A DNA stretch of 63,764 nt, the filler included, from Octopus bimaculoides (lineage: Eukaryota): assembly GCF_001194135.2 (NCBI RefSeq). It is 8 parts of 7 records of this genome, joined end to end, with 100 filler letters (N's around TTAATTAATTAA, not from the genome) between each part and the next. Parts side by side here need not be neighbours in the genome. Positions count along the whole stretch, not along the records: positions 1 to 15,964 come from NC_068984.1; 7 more parts are not named here. The stretch is one strand, 5' to 3'. The position numbers and the translations under genes are program-made. The notes beneath the pieces are model-generated. The model was not told the origin of the DNA. It worked only from the letters and a program-made list of their open reading frames with translations, and searched no databases. Below, piece by piece: positions 1 through 10,770 of the stretch; positions within the stretch are counted from its first letter, which is position 1, and every line of letters starts with the position of its first letter.

Positions 1-102
1 ATTATACATAGAATAATCATTTTTAATCATAGTGCAGTCAATTAATAAGTTCTTACTTTTTCGGCTACGTTACGTTTCGCCCAATTGCTATCGCCCATAT
101 TT

Positions 103-478
103 GTAGAAACGTTAGCACGCCGGGCGAAATGCTTAGCGGTATTTCGTCTGCCGTTACGTTCTGACTTCAAATTCCGCCGATGTCGACTTTGTCTTTCATC
201 CTTTCGGGGTCGATAAATTAAGTACCAGTTACGCACTGGGGTCGATGTAATCGACTTAATCCGTTCGTCTGTCCTTGTTTGTTCCCTCTATGTTTAGCCC
301 CTTGTGGGCAATAACGAAATAGGTATTTCGTCTGTCTTTATTCTGAGTTCAAATTCCGCCGAGGTCCTTTGCCTTTCGGGGTCGATAAATTAAGTACCAT
401 TGCATACTTGGGTCGATCTAATCGACTGGGCCCCCTTCCCCAAAATTTCGGTCCTTGTGCCTAGAGTAGAAAAGATTA
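103..478 (+). mobile_element. Two tandem, 5'-truncated copies of an abundant tRNA-derived SINE (about 103-320 and 321-478)
   Basis: B-box-like gagttcaaattcc/gacttcaaattcc followed by a conserved body (tttcggggtcgataaattaagtacca...ggtcgat.taatcgact). The same body recurs at 4283-4966, 6590-6815, 32095-32306 and 52700-52880. Confidence 0.85.
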
Positions 479-1218
479 TGATGCTATAAAACAATGGCCT
501 CTTCTGGACATATTGACAACCATTTTTTCACTTCTCTCGACAGGAGACTGTATTCCGACTGAATGGTAAGCTATTAGTTCTTTTGTTTAACTGTGTGTTG
601 GATGCTGTTCTAAAACTAGTTCAAAATTGACTTTTTGACCCTACTGGGCAAGGGAAGAAGTTGTTACCAAGAAACTAGGTCATGTTACTATTCCATACTT
701 AATGGTTTATTTGATAAACGCTTTGATCGTAGTTTCACCAGGGCGGTCAGGTCTCTTTATTTTTTCCTGCTACCAATCTTATATTTTGTTTACAAACTAT
801 ATATTCTATTACTAATATTTGTACTGTCTCCCCACCTTTAAGTTTTCCTCGTATAAGTGTTATTGATTATAACATTAATTAATATATTGTTTTCTAGAGA
901 TTATTAGTCTGGTTATATATATTTCACTGTTGCTGTACAATATCTAATTATATTTTGGAATACTTCATTTGACTGACTACTATTGGTATCATATTTTTAT
1001 CATGTTGGTAACGTATTATGTCACTATAATACATATTCAATTGTATTGGATAATTCGATTTACCATGTTAACGTATATCTTTATTTCCTAATTTATATCC
1101 CATATATCACATATTCTATATCACACATTTATATGCCTTATCCATGATTTTTTTTTTACTCTTATTTTATTATCTTTATTTATACCTGTTGTATGGATGT
1201 TTAACTTTATGTACACAG

Positions 1219-1379
1219 CATAATCCTCTTTCCTGCTTGTTGTAAATTAATAAAAAAACCTGAACCAGATTAATCACTGGATCTTTGATCACTCTAAACA
1301 TAATCCTCTTTCCCGTTTGTTGTAAATTAATAAAAAAAATCTGAACCAGATTAATCACTGGATCTTCAATAATTCTAAA
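1219..1379. repeat. Tandem duplication with an 80-bp period
   Basis: cataatcctctttcc...ctgaaccagattaatcactggatct...tctaaa starts at 1219 and again at 1299. Confidence 0.9.
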
Positions 1380-1567
1380 ATATACATCATGCATACGTTG
1401 TAACAATATGGGAACAATTGAAACAAGCTCTTAAATTTTGAATAAACGATAAAACCCGATATTGAAACACAAATAAATGTAGTTATGATATCTGTTTCAA
1501 TAAAGAATTGAATTTTGTTTGTATTTTTATTTATGATACATGGTTAACCGTTTTCTTGCAAAAACTG

Positions 1568-1835
1568 TGTTGTAACGTAATATGTTACGTAGAACAAATA
1601 AGATAATCAGACAACAGTAAAAACAGTGTAACGAACTAACCAATCTCTTTACGAACCAACGATCAATATTTCTTGTAAACTAACCAATCGACGCTTTCCG
1701 ACTTCACTGCGAACTAACACGAACTTCTCTCGGCTCCGAACTCTGAACCCTGACCTCACTCGGATTGTTACTATTTATACTTTACTCGGATCAGTATATC
1801 TCTCACAAGGGGGCGTTGTAACTCTCATTACAACA
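1568..1835 (-). mobile_element. 3' LTR (268 bp) of a Ty3/Gypsy retrotransposon
   Basis: Perfect 8-bp terminal inverted repeat TGTTGTAA (1568-1575) / TTACAACA (1828-1835). It is immediately preceded on the minus strand by the purine tract aaaaggggtga (1836-1846) and lies downstream of an integrase remnant. Confidence 0.8.
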
Positions 1836-2935
1836 TCACCCCTTTTGAGATTTCGACTACTGTGAGAAAGTGGAATTTCTTTTATTCTTATTTTTTCTTT
1901 CCAGCACCTCACCCTCTTTTAAAATTTTTTAGCTGTTGTATCTTAATTGTTGTCCGACTTTTAAGGTAGTATTGTTCGTTGCACACAACACTTTTTCTTT
2001 TCGTTGTACTAAGCACTCTTATTAGACTCTTTTTTTTTTCTTGAAAATTTAATATCTTTTTCATTTAGGTATTACTTCCAGATATTCAGTCTGTTTTCTT
2101 TTTCTGAAGTCAGTTCTACGGGCTTCAATATCTCTCAGTACTGGCACTTCAGACATATCAGAGAATACTTCCATTGGTATTACTCTTTGTTCTTCTGTAT
2201 GTCTCATTTTTAACTGGTTAAGGTGTCTCTTATGTTCCGAACGTTGTCATTTAATTAAATACATCATATTACCTAATCTTTTGATTACACAGCCATCCTC
2301 CCAGCCTTCTTTACGTTTTTGTAATTTTTAAAATGAACTTTATCTCCTGCTTCGAAATGTTTTGTAACATTTCTTGTATTTCCTTCAAATGTATTTTTTG
2401 TCTTTCCTTTATATGTATTTCGTTCCTGGCAATAATTTATCAAACATCGAATTTATTTTACGCGCGAACATTAACTCTGCTGGTGACTTTCCTGAATAAG
2501 TATTTGGATTTGGCGTTATTCTATCTACTCTCAACAATTTCGTTAGCGCTCGTTCGTAGCGCTTCTTAGAGCTCTTTTGAATGCGTCGACAAATCTTTTC
2601 GCTTGCCCATTTAACCTGGAGTGGTAGGGAGGGGTAAAGATGTGCTTTATGGCATGTATTTTGCAGAAATTTCTTAATCCATATCCCGTGAATTGTGTTC
2701 CATTATATGAAACTAACGTGTCTGGAACACCGTATCGAGCAAATAACTCGAGTAGGAACTTCATTGTTTTCCTTGTTGTGGGTTTATTTTTATTACATCT
2801 GCATACCCCTGGCTACTTTGTATAGCTATCCACAACGATTAGATAGTATGCACCGTTCAGTGGTCCAGCGTAGTCGATATGTATCCTGGACCATGGGCTC
2901 TCAGTCTCCGGAAACGATTGATATTTTACTGGTGG
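1836..2935 (-). pseudogene. Gypsy pol remnant: integrase (rve) core and degenerate C-terminus
   Basis: Minus strand translates PWSRIHIDYAGPLNGAYYLIVVDSYTK*P, then after a frameshift MKFLLELFARYGVPDTLVSYNGTQFT...TPPYHSRLNGQAKRFV. These are typical Gypsy integrase motifs with a stop and a frameshift. Confidence 0.9.
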
Positions 2936-3179
2936 AAAAGATAAATAGGATAATTATCCCACAACTAATTAGTACAAAAATTCATTTATTAATCGGGAAA
3001 CAAAAAGCTCAACCGCACTAGCTACCCATATTAATAAATTAAAAATAAAGAAATCAGTCTGGATTGGTCTATTATAACGGAAACCACACCATACAATACA
3101 CACACCAGAAATTGTAAATTATGCACAAAAGAATCGATCAATATGCTCCGTGCTGACAAAAAAAAATTTACTTAATAAG

Positions 3180-3560
3180 ATCTCGGATGTCATTATTCCT
3201 TGTAGACACAAATATTTATCAACCTTTAATTTTTTTTCCAAAAATTAGTTTATATGATTTTAACCTATTTACCCTCTGTGCATTTGGATTCCTCTTAAAA
3301 CACTATTATCTATAGTTTCATAATCTATTTAAACATGTAAATCTAGTTCTTATATGATTTGCCTGAACAGCATGTTCCGACACAGCATTCGAATTTTAAA
3401 TATTCTTATAGTTCTCATTTTGCTTAAAACCTTAAGATTTGAATAACTCTTTTATAAATCCTCTTAGATTAATTATGATGAGAGAAATGTAGATAATTGT
3501 TATGGCTGGAATTAACTCACCCAAACCAACCTATATCTCCTAGAAACGGCCGTCGGGCTA
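3180..3560 (-). pseudogene. Highly degenerate PLE C-terminal fragment
   Basis: Minus frame gives NSNAVSEHAVQANH, resembling the PLE GIY-YIG C-terminal SAVAEH motif. A hammerhead-like gaaacggccgtc lies at 3543. Confidence 0.35.
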
Positions 3561-4282
3561 TATATCTGCTGAAGATTCTTCTTAAAATAATTTTATACCA
3601 CCATTTCATCTACTTAGATTACCGTTCTACATTCACCATGTTCATATTTTAATATCCACATTGATTTAAATAATAAAATAGAAATTGTGAAATATGTATA
3701 AATACAGAAGTAATTATTCGCTTACACATTGAATAGAAAAGTATTACTTACATACATACACACATGCACATCGCATTGGTGAACTATACGTTTGTTAGAT
3801 ATGTGTGTGTACACATCTGCATGCATCTCACAAAAATGGTCGACTTAAGTATATTCAGAATATAATTCTAGAACGAAGATTCATTGTAGCATTTTTGAAT
3901 AGTTTTAATTAATTTAAGATAAACGTCTTCAAAATAAAACCCATTTGTAATAAAACTGTGTTTGGATTGAATGTTCAGGAAAATTCTAGTTTTGTTAATG
4001 TTGATGATTTCAGAGAAATTGCAATGAAAATTAGCACTCGCGAATGAAAAGACAATACGTTGGGGAAATTCTCATTAAATTCTTGCTAACCTATAAAGAT
4101 TAAAATACCCAACACGTCCTATTGTAAAAAGTTTGGCGGTGGATATAGGCTATTTGGGAATACTAATGATTTGATTGTGTTTTCAAATCGGCATTAGAGT
4201 CATATCGATGTGAAGGTACGGTGGTATATGCGATAGAATCAGACTTAATATATTTCTGATTTCGTTTGTATTAAGGCAGGTG

Positions 4283-4966
4283 ATAATTCTTTATAATTTG
4301 GGCATAAGGCCTGTGATTTTAGTGGGAAAGGGGTTAGTAGATCGACACAGTACTTAACTGGTTAGTTTAATTTATCGGCTCAGAAAAAATGGAAGACAAA
4401 GTCTAACTCGGCGGGATTTGAGCTCAAAACATGAGTCATAAGAAATGCCGCTAAGCTTTTTGTCCGACGCGGTAACAATTCTACCAGCTCATCGGTTTAA
4501 TATAGCAGGTAATAATAACTTTAAATTTTTGCACAAAGACAGCAATTTCGGGGAATGGGGTTAGTCGATTACATCGACCCCAGTGCTCAACTGGTGCTTA
4601 TTTTATCCACTCCGAAAGGATGAAAGGCAAAGTCGACCTCGGCAGAATTTGAACTCAAAACGTTAAGTTGGACGAAATACTGCTAAGCATCTTGACCGCC
4701 GCGGTAACGATTTTGCCAGCTTGCCGACTTAGATATAACAGTTTATAATAATGGTTTCACATTTTTCTGCAAAGGCAGCCACTTTAGAGGAGGGGATGAA
4801 TCGATTACATCGACCCCAGTGTTCAACTGGTACTTATTCTATCGACTCCGAAACGATGAAAGACAAGGTCGACGTTGGCGGAATTTGAACTCAGAACCTA
4901 AAAGCAGACGTAATACCGCTAAGCGTTTTGCCCGGCGTGCTAGCGATTCCTCCAGCTCACCGCCTC
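4283..4966 (-). mobile_element. Three head-to-tail SINE copies (about 4283-4495, 4510-4727, 4746-4966)
   Basis: Three diverged reverse-complement copies of the SINE at 103-478, period about 235 bp, each with head ggcgg.gagctgg and B box. Confidence 0.85.
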
Positions 4967-4981
4967 ATGTATAACACGTAA

Positions 4982-5084
4982 TATAGATGTTTTCGATCTA
5001 GTTTGGATTCTTTGCCATCAAATTTGAATTCTTTGCAATCAAATTTGATGGCAAAGAATCCAAACTAGATCGAAAATATCTATA
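4982..5084. repeat. 103-bp near-perfect palindrome (MITE-like fold-back)
   Basis: Arms 4982-5027 and 5039-5084 are reverse complements with 1 mismatch in 46 bp. The loop is 11 nt and both ends are TATA. Confidence 0.9.
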
Positions 5085-5198
5085 ATAATAGAGACAGTAA
5101 CAAGAGACAAGTGGATTAACAACGAGCTAACAAGGGAGCCTATACGTTAAGTCGCTTGAAATGTTTCTCAAATCGTACCTTACCGTTTTCAGAAAAAA

Positions 5199-5238
<40 letters not shown>

Positions 5239-5469
5239 CAGAAACGATCAATTCGATCCCAAGTTGTTCATTCTATCGACCCCGTAAGCAAGTTGGAAAG
5301 CAAAGTTAACTGCAACGTGATTTGAACTTAGAACTCAGAATGGTGTAACTATAGACTGCAAAGCAATTTATTTCCCACCGCCTTCACCACCCATGCAATG
5401 CCACCACCATTATACTTCGCTCGAAGTTGGATGACCATCAACCGAGAAATGAAATGTATTCAATTCGGA

Positions 5470-5965
5470 AGCTTGGTTGCACGGATTGCTGCTACGTCTA
5501 TATACATCTTTACTATATCTACATTATATCTACTCTAGATATATCTTACAACTATACTACATCTGTATACATCCATCCATATACATCTATACTTCATCTC
5601 TGTATGACTATACACATCCATACGATACCATTGCTACGCCTATGCATAGCTACATATCTATACGATATCTATACTATATAAACATGTATGCAACGTCTAC
5701 ATTGTATCTATACTATGTCTATACAGCATCTATACACATCTATATACATCCGTACTTCATCTTTATACGATTATACACAACCATAATATATATCAATGCT
5801 ATATTTATATACTGCTACTTGTCTATATAACATCTATACTGTATAAATATCTATACTGTATAAACATCTATACTACAGTTACATTATATCTGTACTAGGT
5901 CTAGACTAGATGATCTGTACACGTCTATATACAGTTATACAGTGATTGCTACTGCATCTATACTG
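5470..5965. repeat. Degenerate low-complexity repeat rich in tatacatcta-like units
   Basis: Recurrent tacatcta/tatacat/ctatac words. The ORFs here are compositional artefacts. Confidence 0.7.
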
Positions 5966-6589
5966 AACAACCTTGGATCGTCTGCTAAATGCCCTTGCTT
6001 CCGAACAGACCCAACCCACCCATATTCAAACGTTCATACTAACTCTCTCAACATTCTGGAAGACGGAGTGAAGAGAGACTGTGGCGGTTTCCTCATACAT
6101 TAAAAACAAAACAAACAATTACGGGTCCCAGAAGGACTCCTCTAATAACTCAGACTTCGGTACAGCTTTAAGATTCTCGTAGGGGTGGCGGTAGAGGTTA
6201 TCTAACTATTTTATAGACATTTTGAAAGAAATCAATATTATGTTAGAAACCAATATTTTATTGATTTCTGGTGTTAGCGTTATCAACAATACTCAATCGT
6301 TTAATGTCTCGGTGAGAAATGCGTCTTATTCTTCCCATCCATCATTTATTTATTTTTCAGTTTTTCTCGTATTACAAGATACTCCTAATTGTTCTTATGA
6401 ACGACGATGATATTAAAGAATCATTCTTGTTGTTGCTGTTGCCGATTGTGTTGTTGCAGTTGACGTTGATGTTGCTAATGTAGTTACAGTGTTAGCAGAT
6501 TCTTCAAATTCTCACAATACTTTTTTGTAGCTTTTGGTCGGCCAATCTTTCAGCTCTTTGCTGTTGACGCCGTTATTATTTAACCCCAG

Positions 6590-6815
6590 ATAAAGGCAGC
6601 GAGCTAGCAGAATCATCAGTGTGTCGGACAAAATGCTTCGTGGCATTTATTATGGCTTTTTCCGTTCTGAGTTAAAATTTCGCCGAGATCTATTCTGCCA
6701 ATCATCCTTTCCAGGTCGATAAAATAAGTACCAGTCAAACACTGGGGATCAATGAAACTCATCCCCTCCCCCACCTGTCAAATTTACTGATCTTTCTGCC
6801 AAACTTTGAAACCAT
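6590..6815 (+). mobile_element. SINE copy (same family as 103-478)
   Basis: ggcagcgagctagcagaatc head, ctgagttaaaattt B-box remnant, ggtcgataaaataagtaccag body. Confidence 0.8.
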
Positions 6816-6924
6816 TATTTAACCCTAGATCGGCTCTAATTGTGTAGACCTGTTAACCAAAGTTTTCAAGCCCTTATCATCCGCACCCACTGTGTTCTCG
6901 CTCTTTTCCAAACATGTGACTCTA

Positions 6925-7051
6925 CAAGGTGTCCACAAAGTCTGGCTACATGGAGTAAATAAAATCATAACATAAACAATTAAATATAAGAAATAATAAT
7001 TTCTTAAAGTATGTGTTAATCTCCATGTACCCAGACTTTGTGGACACTTTG
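6925..7051. mobile_element. Tc1/mariner-type MITE (127 bp)
   Basis: 31-bp TIRs (caaggtgtccacaaagtctggctacatggag and its complement, 2 mismatches) flanked by TA at 6923-6924 and 7052-7053. Confidence 0.9.
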
Positions 7052-8079
7052 TAGATCTATTTTAACCAATGCATCAATTCATTTTCATGATAGTAAGGTG
7101 TGGTTCAAAGAAGATTTAGTTGCTGTTTCCGTCAGATAGAGCGACTAAGTGAAGACCCATTCGTGTACACTCCAGCTTTCGGATTTTGAAGGTCAGTAGA
7201 CTACTAACCAACCATTTTCCTTCGGAGTTATCACCTTCTTCGTTAACTGAAACGGTGTCAAGAAGGCAGTTATATGTCTATGTCACTCTGAGGGCTGTTA
7301 TTGTTGTTGCTGGTTGTTGTTGTTCTTAAGAACACTGTTCTATATCGAGGAAGATTGTGGCAGTCGAAGATGCACAAGTGTTAAAGTACGATTCAGTTGT
7401 ATTGCTCTCTTTAAGTCTTGCCCATGTACACACGTACACGCGTTTTGCAAACAACGCCCAAAATATATTAATGTGCATACAAAAAACTAATTATTTTATA
7501 ATCATTTCAGCCACGAGGCTGAAACAAAAAGAAATACATAAATTTTAAGAAATTGTTACGCTTTCTACGGTACTCTGCCTTAGAATTACTGCGAATTTCA
7601 GTGCCACGCAGAGTGTTTTGAAGCCATCCTAAGCATCAAAGTGTGGCGACGGACCCGAATATAGAACCAGAGTACTGAGCCTAAAATTTATAAATTTCTA
7701 AAACTTGGTCTCTTATGCCACAAACGACTCGCCCTGTCGTTACACGTATATGCACTGAACCGCAAAAGAAACGCGAGACGTGTGTGACTGTGAAATATGT
7801 TTGGATCTATTCAGTTTGGCTCACAGATTTTTTAATACATTTGTTTTAGCTAAACAGTTTGAAACTTCGGATATTGGTGTAATTTCTCACTCAGTGGAAA
7901 GTTCCAAGAAGAAAAGTGGGTGATAATGGGGTGGCGATTCATGTACAAATCAGCAAAATAATGGGTTTGTTAGGTTAAGTTTTATTTGTGAAATACAGTT
8001 GCTTTGAATTTGCTTCAGAAAGAGGTCTATGTTTGTGATGGTTAGTTGGGGTGGGGCGCTCGGAATGTGGCCTGGGTGT

Positions 8080-8125
8080 CAAGGGGGTGGTAACTCGAAA
8101 AAGCTTGGGAACCACTGCTTTAAAG
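8080..8125. mobile_element. Isolated hAT-Charlie-type terminal repeat end
   Basis: aaaagcttgggaaccactg followed by the 8-mer ctttaaag. No matching left end was found. Confidence 0.4.
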
Positions 8126-8188
8126 CATTAACATTGTTTAATGTTATAGTAAAAACATATTACATATTAAAATTTTAAACAAATTATC

Positions 8189-8420
8189 GGCCGCTGTCCG
8201 ATAGGTTTGTGGTCGAGCCTGTAACAATGCAGACCTACGACGTTCTCGGCCGTCGAACCACGTCCCTGCTCACCCGCTATCAGGCTGGAGATGGTTATCC
8301 GCAAGCGCGAGCCCCGTGAGTCAGAGTGGTTGTTCTAGCGCATCTCCCTCGCCACCCTCCGGGGCAACGCCTTTTCCATTTCGTCCGTTGGGATCGATCA
8401 CAAGGCAGACTTGACAAACG
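8189..8420 (+). pseudogene. 3' fragment of a CRE-clade (RLE endonuclease) non-LTR retrotransposon
   Basis: GC-rich island translating DRFVVEPVTMQTYDVLG...(frameshift)...ESEWLF*RISLATLRGNAFSI, which matches the C-terminal FQRIS.A..RGNA motif of CRE-like elements. Confidence 0.7.
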
Positions 8421-8593
8421 TTTTTAGATATTTCTTTACTGCGAAGAAGAGGAAAGAGATGATGGTTTAAGAAGCAATATATACTTTGGAAATATTTTTC
8501 GGTAATTGATAAAAATAATATTTAAACAAATTACCTTGATAATTACAGATTATTTTCTTAGATTTCAATATTCTCTACATTGTTCAAAGTTAA

Positions 8594-8960
8594 GAGGCGC
8601 AATGGCCCAGTGGTTAGGGCAGCGGACTCGCGGTCATAGGATCGCGGTTTCGATTCCCAGACCGGGCGATGTGAGTGTTTATTGAGCGAAAACACCTAAG
8701 GCTCCACGAGGCTCCGGCAGAGGATGGTGGCGAACCCTACTGTACTCTTTCACCACAACTTTCTCTCACTCATACTTCTTGTTTCTGTTGTGCCTGTAAT
8801 TCAAAGGGTCAGCCTTGTCACGCTGAATATCCCCGAGAACTACGGTAAGGGTACACGTGTCTGTGGAGTGCTCAGCCACTTGCACGTTAATTTCACGAGC
8901 AGGCTGTTCCGTTGATCGGATCAACTGGAACCCTCGACGTCGTAAGCGACGGAGTGTTCA
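8594..8960 (+). mobile_element. Full-length tRNA-derived SINE, second family
   Basis: tRNA-like head with A box tggcccagtggttagg and B box ggtttcgattcc. Its 3' tail (gtctgtggagtgctcagccacttgcacgtta.tttcacgagca) is shared with 25327-25632. Confidence 0.85.
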
Positions 8961-9095
8961 AAGTTAATAACTGTAAAGTGCTGAATGATTTTGCAAGATT
9001 CATTAATATTCTGTACATTTACGACAAAATATGTCGGAAAATATTCTGCAAAATTTCGTTTTTGGATTTGGTTTGCAAGATTCTTTATGTGAGTT

Positions 9096-9247
9096 CGTAC
9101 ATACATACATACACACAAACATACATACGTACATACATACATACATAATACATACATACATACATACGTACATGTATACATATATACATACATACACATA
9201 TACATACATACGTACATACATACATACATACATACATGCATGTGTAT

Positions 9248-9301
<54 letters not shown>

Positions 9302-9310
9302 ACTGACCCA
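9096..9310. repeat. (TACA)n/(CA)n compound microsatellite
   Basis: Direct reading. Confidence 0.95.
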
Positions 9311-9644
9311 CACACATGCGCACAAACAAACAAAAAGAACGCAGCTCGGATAACGGACAGGGTCAACGACTATTGAAAAGGTTGCAAGACGCAACGAAAA
9401 TTTTAGGAAAATAAATAAGTAAAAGAGTGGAAACTTTACCGGTGAGTGTATTAAATGACAAGGCACTGAAAGACAATGACTCTCCCCAGACAACAGAATT
9501 CTACTGAATATTCTCACGAACTAATATATAATATCGTTTCTATTTTTATTCAAAATAGTTACATATTTTATTTTGTTTTCTATTTATCGGTGGGTTTCTC
9601 TTTCTGCAAATATTATGTAAAGCGCACGTGTTTTTAGTACGTGT

Positions 9645-9760
9645 GTGAGAGCGAGAGAGAGAGAGAAAGAGAGAGGAAGAGAGAGAGAGAGAGAAAGAAA
9701 GAAAGAGAAAGAGAGAGGGAGAGAGAAAAACAGAAAGAGAGAGAGAGAGAGAGAGAGAGA
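9645..9760. repeat. (GA)n purine-rich microsatellite
   Basis: Direct reading. Confidence 0.95.
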
Positions 9761-10350
9761 GCAACATCTGATAGTTATAAAGAGAATGCCAGTTACCAGG
9801 TGGTTAACCTGTATTGATTCTGTATAGGCACTTTTACAGACTTTTTGCTAAAAATAACATTTCAGATAACAATGATCAAAAGAAATGTAGTCTCTTTTTT
9901 TTTAAACAATGGACAAATTGCAAAAACTAGAATAATAGTCTTACTGATGTTGATAGTGTTACATCACTGTCAAATATAAATAACGCAAACCCTTCAAAGC
10001 GACTGGTCCAGACAGCATTCTTGGTATGACTTCCTGTCAATGAACTCTCGAGCTTATTCGTTTAGTTCGATGGAGCAAAAGCAATTTTGCTCTTGTTGCT
10101 ATCTGCGAAAGTTTCGGTTGAGATTTCCATGTAAACCCTCTGATAAACTCACTTATTAGTCTCTCCCCACCTCTCTCTCTCTCTCTCTCTCCATAAGATT
10201 TCTATCAATGAGGCTTTCTCTGACCAATATACTGTCAACACTGTTCTGCCTTAAGTTATGGTTATGTCCGCATATTATTTTCTTACCGAACATACATAGT
10301 GAAGCTTTGTCTTTCGTATACTAAAGTGTTTTTCAGTTTTAAATAATGCA

Positions 10351-10571
10351 GAGTACCGACAATTCAGCGCCTGACAATTCGGCGCCGACATTTTCATTTC
10401 AAAACTTCTGCGCTGAATAATAAATAATTCAAATTTTTCTTCTTTCTTTTGAATTACAGGCACAGGGATGAAAATAACCTTGACCCAAATTCAATAAAAT
10501 ACCCCGCGCTGAATTATCTATGCGCTGAATTATTTAGTGCTGAATTGTCGGCGTTGAATTGTCGTGTCACG
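10351..10571. mobile_element. Mutator(MULE)-like MITE (221 bp) with subterminal repeat arrays
   Basis: Exact 10-bp direct repeat aaataatgca at 10341-10350 and 10572-10581. Arrays of gacaattc(a/g)gcgc on the left and gcgctgaatt(g/a)tc on the right are in inverted orientation. Confidence 0.75.
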
Positions 10572-10659
10572 AAATAATGCACAAGAGGCTCATCGAATCA
10601 TTAATTTGAGAAAGAACTCTTTTGAATGACTCATGATTAGCTCAGGATTAGACTTTAGC

Positions 10660-10770
10660 AACTTGAAATAAAGTGTCTTGCTCAAGAACACAACACCCCG
10701 CCAAGAATCGAATTCATGAGCTTACGACCATACGCTGAATGCCCGAACCACTAAGCCACGCGCTTTCACA
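10660..10770 (-). mobile_element. tRNA-head plus CORE-like SINE 5' fragment
   Basis: Minus strand gcgtggcttagtggttcgggcattc...ttcgattcttggcgg...ttgagcaagacactttatttc, homologous to 25327-25460. Confidence 0.75.

Noticed and set aside
8594-8670. tRNA-like sequence (also 25327-25390)
   Set aside because: A and B boxes are present but the sequence continues into SINE body and tail. These are SINE heads, not tRNA genes.
8921-9366. ORFs such as MCVCVCV/HTHTHT/YIYIY here and elsewhere
   Set aside because: They are translations of microsatellites.
10351-10571. Short regularly spaced repeats resembling a CRISPR-like array
   Set aside because: Units are about 13 bp with no unique spacers, inverted at the two ends and bounded by a TSD. 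This is a MITE in a eukaryotic context.
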